18,120 nucleotides of DNA. Origin: a virus. Shown piece after piece: positions 1-6,574 of this stretch. The stretch lies in IMG/VR virus record IMGVR_UViG_3300045988_002049, one strand, 5' to 3'. Both the position numbers and the translations under genes were made by a program. The notes beneath the pieces are model-generated. The model made no database searches. It saw nothing but the letters and a program-made list of their open reading frames with translations, and was not told the DNA's origin. The first letter of the stretch is position 1. Each line of letters starts with the position of its first letter.

Positions 1-19
1 ACGTGTGCTCTTCCGATCT
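1..19. other. Illumina TruSeq adapter remnant (ACGTGTGCTCTTCCGATCT); not biological sequence
   Basis: Exact match to the 3' part of the TruSeq read-2 adapter. The exact reverse complement sits at the other end of the window. Confidence 0.95.
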
Positions 20-282
20 AAAAGGAGGGGAGGGGCCCCAGCAGCTAGCCTTTTTCCACAACTGCTCTGTTGTGTATTTTGTCCTTGCTCTCTGCCCTGT
101 GTTTTTCATTGTCGCTCCTGTCCTGTCTTTGTTTATCTCCTTTGTTGTCTTCTATTTTACCTGCTTTTTTTTTGTTGTCAATTTCGCGTGTTGTTTTGCG
201 TGTATTTTTTTTGTGTGTGTTGGGTGTGTTGTTTTTGTGGTGTGGTATGATGTGAGTATTAGCCGATAAGGAAGGAAGTAAA
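20..282. repeat. Left inverted terminal repeat (263 bp)
   Basis: Reverse complement of 17839-18101. Identity follows from identical ORF translations in three frames (3..269, 5..250, 70..255 versus the mirrored ORFs) plus manual comparison of 261-282. The first mismatch is at 283 versus 17838. Confidence 0.95.
243..251 (+). promoter_or_regulatory. Extended -10-like box TGgTATGAT inside the left ITR, facing inward
   Basis: TGnTATGAT lies 34 nt upstream of ATG 285 and is followed by the SD GGAAGGAAG (270-278). No good -35 was found. Confidence 0.4.
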
Positions 283-284
283 GA

Positions 285-542
285 ATGATTAACCTTAACG
301 CTTATGTTATCGAACTTGAAGAGGACAATTGGTACGAAGTTTGCGTCGAAGGCGTGCTCAAGACTTCCGTTCGTGATAATGGTTGTTTTGATGATACTGT
401 TATTACGTTCGAGTCCGCCCTTGCGGCGGTTATCGAACTTTCTTTGAGCTACGATTATGATTACGTTGAAATCAAGCGGTGTTTGTCTAAGAAAGGTCGC
501 CCGTGCCGTAAGTATGTTGTCTCGGTCGACAACGGCGATTGA
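285..542 (+). CDS. Hypothetical small early protein (85 aa), the only plus-strand gene
   Basis: ATG lies 6 nt after an SD (GGAAGGAAG) contributed by the ITR. The ORF ends just before a bidirectional terminator. No recognisable motif. Confidence 0.7.
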   Translation: MINLNAYVIELEEDNWYEVCVEGVLKTSVRDNGCFDDTVITFESALAAVIELSLSYDYDYVEIKRCLSKKGRPCRKYVVSVDNGD

Positions 543-554
543 CATATAAAAAGT

Positions 555-584
555 AAAATCCCTAGGCAATAACCTAGGGGTTTT
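555..584. terminator. Bidirectional intrinsic terminator between convergent genes
   Basis: AAAATCCCTAGG-caataa-CCTAGGGGTTTT. A 7-8 bp GC-rich stem is flanked by an A-run and a T-run, so either strand reads as hairpin plus U-tract. It lies between stop 542 (+) and stop 597 (-). Confidence 0.8.
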
Positions 585-596
585 GTTTATGTCGTG

Positions 597-1484
597 CTAC
601 TGTTCATCTGTTACGGTGATTTTCAGACTGTCCAGCTTTGCTTTTACCGCGTCCTGCACGGTCTTGGCAATGGTGTCGGGGTTGGCTCCCATAGCTTCGG
701 ACAGTGCTTTGACAGCGGCCGTAAGCGCTGTCACTTGTGCGGTTAATGCTGGTAGCATGGTGTCGTGGATACGGATTACGTCGCTGGTTGCATCGCTTAT
801 AATATCGCGGGCGTATCTGCCGTTTGGAAGTTTGTGCATCCATTGTCCGCCGACAAGTCCGGTGTCGTGCATTCGGATTACGTCGCTGGTTGCATCGCTG
901 ATGATGTCGCGTGCTGCGCGTCCGTTTGGAAGTTTGTGTGTCCAGAATCTCATAATATCTTCGTCGGTCAATGCCATTTCGTCGTCTCCTTTTAGAATTT
1001 GATTCGCTTTGTTGATGACATAATTTATGTCGAGTCCGTTTGGCGCTAGGTCGGGACAGCCGTAATGGTCGGTGCCCGGCACTTCGCGGTGTAGCCATAT
1101 GTTACCGTTGAGTCCATCGTGCCATAGGTGCGTCCAACCGTACCGGCGCGCTATGTCGGCACAGAGTCGAGCGGAAGCGTTCATGCATGCTTGCGTACAA
1201 GGTATTCCGTTCATACCCCCTTCGTGTTCTATGCTGATTGTCGAATTGTTCGACGTGAAATTGGCGTCGCTGTAGCTGCCGTCGTTTTCGCTCACGTATT
1301 GATGGATTGCACCGTCCGCGCCGATACCATAGTGCGCACTTGCCTGCGAGTTGGCGTTCAAAAATACGCTATCCGTTCCGGCGAGATGGCCGACCATGAT
1401 ATGCAGCGTTATGTGTGTCACGGCGTATCCATTGCGTCCATTGTAATGGTTTGGCGAGCCTATCCATATGACGCCGTCCATCAT
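597..1484 (-). CDS. Endolysin: N-acetylmuramoyl-L-alanine amidase (Amidase_2/PGRP type) with a C-terminal tandem repeat and a coiled-coil tail
   Basis: Amidase_2-like motifs are present: SAHYGIG..G.I.QYV, STISIEHEG, and H...(11)..CP as in T7-lysozyme-type zinc amidases. The ATG overlaps the holin stop (ATGA). It is the last gene of the lysis cassette. Confidence 0.9.
   Translation of the reverse strand: MMDGVIWIGSPNHYNGRNGYAVTHITLHIMVGHLAGTDSVFLNANSQASAHYGIGADGAIHQYVSENDGSYSDANFTSNNSTISIEHEGGMNGIPCTQACMNASARLCADIARRYGWTHLWHDGLNGNIWLHREVPGTDHYGCPDLAPNGLDINYVINKANQILKGDDEMALTDEDIMRFWTHKLPNGRAARDIISDATSDVIRMHDTGLVGGQWMHKLPNGRYARDIISDATSDVIRIHDTMLPALTAQVTALTAAVKALSEAMGANPDTIAKTVQDAVKAKLDSLKITVTDEQ
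762..944 (-). repeat. Two tandem copies of a 34-aa (102-nt) unit inside the endolysin C-terminus
   Basis: WTHKLPNGRAARDIISDATSDVIRMHD versus WMHKLPNGRYARDIISDATSDVIRIHD. The DNA copies are visibly similar (about 775-850 versus about 877-950). Confidence 0.9.
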
Positions 1485-1843
1485 TCCGCCTTATGTTTGT
1501 CATTTGTGGATTGTGCGAAAATCTGCATGAATGGCGCGTTTTTTAATTCGGGATTGATTTCGGTGACGTTTTCGAGGATTGACGTGAGTTCGATTAGACA
1601 TACTCCGCCGACCGTGCAGACAAACACGGACATTGGTAGCCCTAAATCGATATGCCGGTTCACTTCGTCGATGAACCACGACACCAGCACAAGTATAAGA
1701 TAGGCGAACTTGTGCCCTAGTCCCTCCCGCATCTTTCGCGAACTCAGATTGTCCCGCATGATTGCTTTCGCCACGCCAGTAACGTAGTCGATGCTAATAA
1801 AAAATATGACTGCAATGGTACACCATATGTCTGCTTGCGTCAT
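1481..1843 (-). CDS. Holin (Phage_holin_4_1 / LL-H-like family), 120 aa
   Basis: Three hydrophobic segments and the family-typical D..TG...A......SS....G..K and E..SILEN motifs. The start is moved to ATG 1843 (SD GAGGA 5 nt upstream); the track start 1855 is a GTG inside that SD. Confidence 0.85.
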   Translation of the reverse strand: MTQADIWCTIAVIFFISIDYVTGVAKAIMRDNLSSRKMREGLGHKFAYLILVLVSWFIDEVNRHIDLGLPMSVFVCTVGGVCLIELTSILENVTEINPELKNAPFMQIFAQSTNDKHKAE

Positions 1844-1851
1844 TATTATCC

Positions 1852-2961
1852 TCACTTTCTTATGCCTGATTGTTGCAACAAGCCGCCAAGAATCATGCTA
1901 AACTCCGCTTTAATTTGCGGGGTTTCGAACCGTAATCTACCGACGCGATAAGCATTCAATATTTTTTGCGTCATGTCGTCGGAGCGCTTGAGCATTATGC
2001 AATTATTGTCTACAAGTCGATAATCGAACGTAAAATTACGGGTGATTTTCGGCTGTTTTTTTGTGATTATATATAGCACTTCGTCAGTGTCACTTAGTTG
2101 CTGATAAACGTTGAAAATACCGTATTCGGTGGTTTTTAATGTGAACGCATATCCGGCGTTGTTAAAATCACTAATGAGAGCATTGGCGTTGTCTCTAAAA
2201 TCGTTGTTGATTGCATAATTCGCATAATTTTCGTCGTATCTGTGCAAAAATTGCCCGAATTTGGATGTGGCAACCTTGGCGCTGAATCCGCCGTAATCAG
2301 CTAATTCCACCATAATAAACCCGTCGCAATATCGTTGATATTGCACGCGATTATCCAGCTGCGGTTTTAGATTGATGTTGAACGCGCTGAAATACGGGTT
2401 AGCCAACGTTACGGCGTTGCTGCACATGATAACGCGAACTCTATCGTTCCAGCGGTCAACCGTGTTGTAAAATTCCTCAAGCGCGGTGACTTCGCCGCCC
2501 AAGTACCGCATGTTGTCGGGGAAGATTTCATCAAAAATAATGGTTCGCACTTTGGGGTATGCGACTGATTTCACTTGTCCGGCTTGTGATAGGGCGATAA
2601 AATACCCCATGATGTGCCATGTGGGGCGCGTCTTGCCGTGCTTGTCGGTGGCGGCGTCCCGGTCGTCCATCCAGTGACATTCGGCTTGATTCCCAGATAC
2701 GCGAAACTCTAATTCCGGGTATTGCTCCGCGATATCCGCAAACCAAGTCCCTTTATTTTTCTGTTCCTCTGCCGTTCGGCGTAGGTAGATGAATTGCCAG
2801 CGTTTTTTAATCCAGTCGCCTATGACCAGCTTTTTAGCACCATAGGTCTTACCGAGGCCGCGCGCGCCGATTACAAACATCCAAGACGCGTGATATGACA
2901 GCACGCGCCCATAATCGTAATAATCACCCTCGCTTAACAGCCTTTCCATAATATTCATCAT
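1852..2961 (-). CDS. DNA encapsidation ATPase (phi29 gp16-like)
   Basis: Walker A is GARGLGKT and Walker B is IIFDE. LSYHASWMFVIGARGLGKTYG resembles phi29 gp16 LSYDRILNFVIGARGIGKSY. The start is uncertain: the track start 2973 is a TTG inside a hairpin stem, ATGs occur at 2961, 2958 and 2949, and none has an SD. Confidence 0.9.
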   Translation of the reverse strand: MMNIMERLLSEGDYYDYGRVLSYHASWMFVIGARGLGKTYGAKKLVIGDWIKKRWQFIYLRRTAEEQKNKGTWFADIAEQYPELEFRVSGNQAECHWMDDRDAATDKHGKTRPTWHIMGYFIALSQAGQVKSVAYPKVRTIIFDEIFPDNMRYLGGEVTALEEFYNTVDRWNDRVRVIMCSNAVTLANPYFSAFNINLKPQLDNRVQYQRYCDGFIMVELADYGGFSAKVATSKFGQFLHRYDENYANYAINNDFRDNANALISDFNNAGYAFTLKTTEYGIFNVYQQLSDTDEVLYIITKKQPKITRNFTFDYRLVDNNCIMLKRSDDMTQKILNAYRVGRLRFETPQIKAEFSMILGGLLQQSGIRK

Positions 2962-2970
2962 ATCATATGG

Positions 2971-3008
2971 CAACGATAAACCGGTAGATATTTACCAGTC
3001 TATCGTTG
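2971..3008 (-). promoter_or_regulatory. 16-bp stem-loop between the hydrolase and ATPase genes; strand-specific, stable only in the minus-strand RNA
   Basis: Minus-strand RNA reads CAACGATAGACTGGTA-aatatc-TACCGGTTTATCGTTG. The two non-Watson-Crick positions are G.U on the minus strand but A.C on the plus strand. Confidence 0.55.
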
Positions 3009-3010
3009 TA

Positions 3011-4276
3011 TTAGTTGGTGATGTACCGGCGTATCTCCCACCGACTCGCCAGATTCATTTCACCCGACGCGGTGAACAGATTCGGCCCATTGCCCGGCCC
3101 ACCGTGCGATAATGTTTCGTCCTTGGAATCTCCGGTGAACATTTCCACATGGTCCCATGCCTGAGTATACGCGCCCCAGTCCAGTAATAGCAGGTCGGCG
3201 GCTTGTGCCTTGGCTATGGCGCCTGATACGCTGGTGTCGGAACTGCCGCATACGCGCGTGCCCTTGCCGGCCATCTGTCCCGTCCATGTGCCCACGTCAA
3301 TACCTAGCACGTCCTGATAGGCACGCCAGCACACGCTGGAACAATCGCCGTACCCGCTCGACTCCGGGTCTAATCGCCCCGCGCCCTGCGAATAAGCGTA
3401 TTTGCCGATACGTGAACGCAGCCATTCTACGACACGTTCCGCGTCCTCGCTGCCACTGCCGGAACTGGAACCGCCGCCAGTCTGGCCGCCGCCCGGCTTG
3501 GTTGATTCGGAAGTCTTGTATACCCATGTCTGTGCGACGCTTTTTACAAAAATGGCGGTACTGTCCCCGCTATGGTAGATAAGGTTATCGCCCTGCAATT
3601 GTATCCACGCGGTACTCGCGGGTTTCCCGTCGATGCCGGGCCGGTCGCCTCCCGGCGTATCGGACGGTTCGGAGGTCTGGCCAAAATCAGGCGGCGCGGA
3701 CGTGCCATCCCACGATTTCAGTAGATTATACGCGGTCGTATACCGATTACGGTACTGGCTTAGCACGCCATCCGCCAAAATCGTGGTGTAAATCAATTCC
3801 AGCGTGGCGGTTGCCGAGCATGATGCAAGCACGCGCTGCGCCTGCGCCGGGCTCTGGTGGTAGGCGCAAGCCCACATGGTACGCTCTCTTACATTCCCTG
3901 ACGGGAAACCATACCCGTCCATAGTAGACTGGTAACTATTCCAATCCGCCTCCCATTGCGCCTCCTGAAACGCATGGTTTTCGTCGCGTTGCGCCCACGT
4001 TTTCCACGCATTACCCTCGGCGGTGGATAGGTAGCGTGCCGTCCAGTTGATGTCATTCGCTTGCACCTGCTGCGCCAGTGTGGGAGCCGCCGAGGCGAAC
4101 GTGTTCCACCCGTCCAGGTCGGCGGTGCGCCCTCGTTCCAAGAGATTGCGGGCGCGAGTGCCGTACCACTGCATCATGCCCACAGTGATGGCGTCAACGT
4201 AGTTGCACGCGCCCCAATCGCAATTGCTTTCCACCGTGCCGATAACATACATCGCGTATAGTGCTGTATTATCCAT
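3011..4276 (-). CDS. Tail-associated peptidoglycan hydrolase (positional analogue of phi29 gp13): C-terminal NlpC/P60-type endopeptidase, N-terminal lysozyme/transglycosylase-like region
   Basis: The C-terminus has GYGDCSSVCWRAY ... DHVEMF (Cys-His NlpC/P60 signature). The N-terminus has GTVESNCDW (candidate catalytic Glu). The start is set at ATG 4276; the track start 4294 is a GTG inside a hairpin stem. Confidence 0.75.
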   Translation of the reverse strand: MDNTALYAMYVIGTVESNCDWGACNYVDAITVGMMQWYGTRARNLLERGRTADLDGWNTFASAAPTLAQQVQANDINWTARYLSTAEGNAWKTWAQRDENHAFQEAQWEADWNSYQSTMDGYGFPSGNVRERTMWACAYHQSPAQAQRVLASCSATATLELIYTTILADGVLSQYRNRYTTAYNLLKSWDGTSAPPDFGQTSEPSDTPGGDRPGIDGKPASTAWIQLQGDNLIYHSGDSTAIFVKSVAQTWVYKTSESTKPGGGQTGGGSSSGSGSEDAERVVEWLRSRIGKYAYSQGAGRLDPESSGYGDCSSVCWRAYQDVLGIDVGTWTGQMAGKGTRVCGSSDTSVSGAIAKAQAADLLLLDWGAYTQAWDHVEMFTGDSKDETLSHGGPGNGPNLFTASGEMNLASRWEIRRYITN

Positions 4277-4284
4277 GATAATAG

Positions 4285-4315
4285 TATACCCCACGGCGCG
4301 GAACCGTGGGGTATA
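4285..4315 (-). terminator. 12-bp perfect stem-loop (TATACCCCACGG / CCGTGGGGTATA), a possible terminator or processing signal
   Basis: Perfect inverted repeat with a 7-nt loop, followed on the minus strand by CUAUUAUC. It overlaps a -10-like TATACT (4283-4288). Confidence 0.4.
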
Positions 4316-4407
4316 TGTTATGGGCTATGCCTCACGCCCTAATGTAATGGTGCGCCGTCCATATCCCAATACCGGCCTTGAGTCTATCTAATCCAATCGT
4401 CAAAAGT

Positions 4408-4442
4408 AATAGCCATGCCACCATTATAGCGGCATGGCTATT
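4408..4442 (-). terminator. Intrinsic-terminator-like hairpin after the fibre gene
   Basis: AATAGCCATGCC-11 nt loop-GGCATGGCTATT, followed on the minus strand by ACUUUUG. It starts 13 nt after stop 4455. The loop contains TATAAT. Confidence 0.55.
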
Positions 4443-4454
4443 GTTGATAGACTG

Positions 4455-5483
4455 TCATTTGGAGATACGGAACACGCTCAACACAGCATAGTTGATAGTG
4501 CCGGAGATTTCCTTAGTTGTGTCGTTCGACCTGATTTTCAACGCAACCTTGTCCCCCGACGTCAACTTGTAGGGACGGCACGGAAACGCCGCGTACTGTG
4601 CGCCACGAATCGCGCCGTTTGCTCCTACCACCATTGATGCCGGAGCCGTCGCCACAATAGAGTTGTTTACGTAGACGAGCAATTCGACACCTCGATACGA
4701 GTCATCGTCCGTAAAGGTTATCGACCCGACACGCATGTCCGACGAAACAAGATAAACGCCATCTTTTGAGACGGTCATGCTTTTGCGGTCGGTGGATAAG
4801 GTGATTACACCGTCTTCATCATCAAATGACGTGGTGGTGTCATGTTCGTCGAACGTGATTGTCTTCGGTGTCGAAGCGTTCGCGGCGACGGTAAACTGCA
4901 TGTTGTTGGCCTTCGCCACCGCAACGTTTGCGTGCTTCAAAAACGTGCTATTGACATACTGCTTCGTCGCGTAATCCGTCTTAATTCCAGCAATATCCGT
5001 AGCGTGGCCGTCTATCGTGTTTTTGAGGTCAGCGGCCTTAGCGGCCGTGTCGGCATCGAGGGCCGTTAATGCCGTCTTGTTTGCGGCGGCGTCCGAGCTT
5101 GCTTTATCCCATTTGACTTTAGACCGGGTTGCCTCTGACGTGCTATTCACGCCGAGGGCTGTTAGATTGGCATCAATCCCCGCAATGGCGCTGTCTGTTT
5201 GCGTGGCCTTGCTTTGCAGTGCGGCGATACTTGCATTGGTGGTGGTTTCGAAACTATCAAGGGCGGACTGTGCGCCGCTCGCCGCCTCTTTCGCTTCATC
5301 CGCCGCCGTCTTCGCGTTGTTCGCCGCTGCGGTCGCCGTGGTGATATTGGTGGCGTTGGCGTACATTTGATTGTCGATTTTCGTCATCGCGTCGGTGAAA
5401 TCGCCACGCCACGACGGCCGGTCATTCGGATTGTCGCCAAACGTCGGCAGATTGTAGTGTCCGGTATGCTGTGTGGTAGACAT
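4455..5483 (-). CDS. Tail fibre / receptor-binding protein (342 aa): N-terminal anchor motif, Ala-rich coiled coil, C-terminal beta-rich head
   Basis: SD AGAGGAGA lies 7 nt upstream. The N-terminus YNLPTFGDNPNDRPSWRGDFTDAMTKID is shared with the next gene. The central A/T/K/D-rich region shows heptad-like repeats. The C-terminus (GVYLVSS...ELLVYVNN...LTSGDKVAL) looks like a C1q/TNF-type jelly roll, which is an inference. Confidence 0.7.
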   Translation of the reverse strand: MSTTQHTGHYNLPTFGDNPNDRPSWRGDFTDAMTKIDNQMYANATNITTATAAANNAKTAADEAKEAASGAQSALDSFETTTNASIAALQSKATQTDSAIAGIDANLTALGVNSTSEATRSKVKWDKASSDAAANKTALTALDADTAAKAADLKNTIDGHATDIAGIKTDYATKQYVNSTFLKHANVAVAKANNMQFTVAANASTPKTITFDEHDTTTSFDDEDGVITLSTDRKSMTVSKDGVYLVSSDMRVGSITFTDDDSYRGVELLVYVNNSIVATAPASMVVGANGAIRGAQYAAFPCRPYKLTSGDKVALKIRSNDTTKEISGTINYAVLSVFRISK

Positions 5484-5501
5484 TGTTATTCTCCTCTTTT
5501 T

Positions 5502-5921
5502 TTAGGCTTCAGCGTTACCAACGCGAACGATGCCGTTCGCGTCCTTGTACATCGAATCAAGTTCGGTCGCCGTCAATCCGAGCGTGCCGGGCTGCGAAGC
5601 GGTTTTATCGACCTTACCCGCAAGCCCCGAGGTGAGTGCGGAGGTGGTGGCGAATCCGCTCACGTCCGGGATATCGGTTTTCTTGGCGATGGTGCTCGCC
5701 ACGCCCAGCGGTGAACCGGACGTACCGTTGCCGGTGAGGTCGGCGGTGTGCGACACCGACGTAAGCCCGCCCGCAGTGGCAGATGCGATGTCGTCCGCGT
5801 TCTGCTTCAGCTGCGTATCGATTTTCGACATATCGCTGTTGTAATCTCCGAGCCACGTGGGGCGGTCAGTGCCGACGAACTGGCTGAGTTCGTAATTCGC
5901 CGTCTTGTTGGTCGCAGTCAT
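5502..5921 (-). CDS. Short fibre-like protein (139 aa) sharing the fibre N-terminal anchor motif
   Basis: SD AAAGGA is present. NYELSQFVGTDRPTWLGDYNSDMSKID aligns with the N-terminus of the 342-aa fibre. Confidence 0.65.
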   Translation of the reverse strand: MTATNKTANYELSQFVGTDRPTWLGDYNSDMSKIDTQLKQNADDIASATAGGLTSVSHTADLTGNGTSGSPLGVASTIAKKTDIPDVSGFATTSALTSGLAGKVDKTASQPGTLGLTATELDSMYKDANGIVRVGNAEA

Positions 5922-5926
5922 AGTAG

Positions 5927-6574
5927 TTATCCTTTCTTGTCGAAATTGTCTGCGGTTGGATTGCGTTCGACATATCGTGCGTCGGCTTCCGTCTGCGTGA
6001 TAAACGACATGTCGGCGGGTGGATTCTCGGGCATGCTCTTACCGTAGGGGAATTGTGAGCGGCCCGGAAAATCGCCGGGAACACAATTGTCCACAGCGGT
6101 GGCGCGTAAATCATATTCGCGTGCGCCGAGCGTAAGCCCGTCGTACTCCTGAGCGGTCAACTGCATGGCGTCGTAGTCTCCCCAGAATAATCCGTGGTTG
6201 CGCGAATTATCGTACATGCCGCCAAGTACGTCCCCGAGCGGCTGCGTGGTACCGTACACTGGGGAGGTCGCCACGCCCTGCTGCTCCATTTCACGAATCA
6301 GTGCCAGCAATTCCGCACGCAATGCGGCCATGTCCTGATTGAGCTGTGCAATGGTATCCGCGAAAGCCTTGTCCACGGATACCGCTAGGTCGGCTGTGGC
6401 CTCTTCGACTTTGCTTAAGTCGCGCTGGGTGATATCGAGATTGTGGCGCAAGCATTCAATCAACTGTAAGGTTGTCAACCCATCTCGATAGGTGAACGGA
6501 ATGGATGTAGGCACCCCGTCAAATAAGCGTTGCCGTGGAATTAAAGCGTTAACAGTGACCATGATTGCTCTCAT
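5927..6574 (-). CDS. Hypothetical structural protein (215 aa, central coiled coil); tail/appendage component by position
   Basis: The ATG overlaps the upstream stop (ATGA). It lies between the lower collar and fibre genes. A coiled-coil-like segment (DLAVSVDKAFADTIAQLNQDMAALRAELLALIREME) is present. Confidence 0.6.
   Translation of the reverse strand: MRAIMVTVNALIPRQRLFDGVPTSIPFTYRDGLTTLQLIECLRHNLDITQRDLSKVEEATADLAVSVDKAFADTIAQLNQDMAALRAELLALIREMEQQGVATSPVYGTTQPLGDVLGGMYDNSRNHGLFWGDYDAMQLTAQEYDGLTLGAREYDLRATAVDNCVPGDFPGRSQFPYGKSMPENPPADMSFITQTEADARYVERNPTADNFDKKG

Noticed and set aside
3-269. ORFs inside the ITRs (3..269, 5..250, 70..255 and the mirrored 17852..18118, 17871..18116, 17866..18051), encoding Cys/Phe/Val-rich peptides
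   Set aside because: They are translation artefacts of the T/G-rich, A-poor repeat, where stop codons are rare. They start inside adapter sequence or lack an SD. They are duplicated only because the DNA is an ITR.
45-569. 174-aa minus-strand ORF spanning the left ITR and antisense to gene 285..542
   Set aside because: It runs outward through the A-rich strand of the ITR and has no SD. It overlaps a better-supported gene and crosses the terminator hairpin.
799-807. GATATTAT-type -10-like strings inside coding regions (799-807, 952-960, 16082-16090), plus TATAAT at 17506-17511
   Set aside because: They arise from Asp-Ile-Ile or Asp-Ile-Met codons (GAT ATT AT-) or from Leu-Ile-Met codons. Most lack the TG dinucleotide. 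16082-16090 (TGATATTAT, 46 nt upstream of ATG 16036) remains a weak possibility only.
762-944. Direct repeats with roughly 100-nt periodicity, considered as a possible CRISPR-like or mobile-element repeat
   Set aside because: There are only two copies. They are in frame within the endolysin gene and encode a duplicated protein module.
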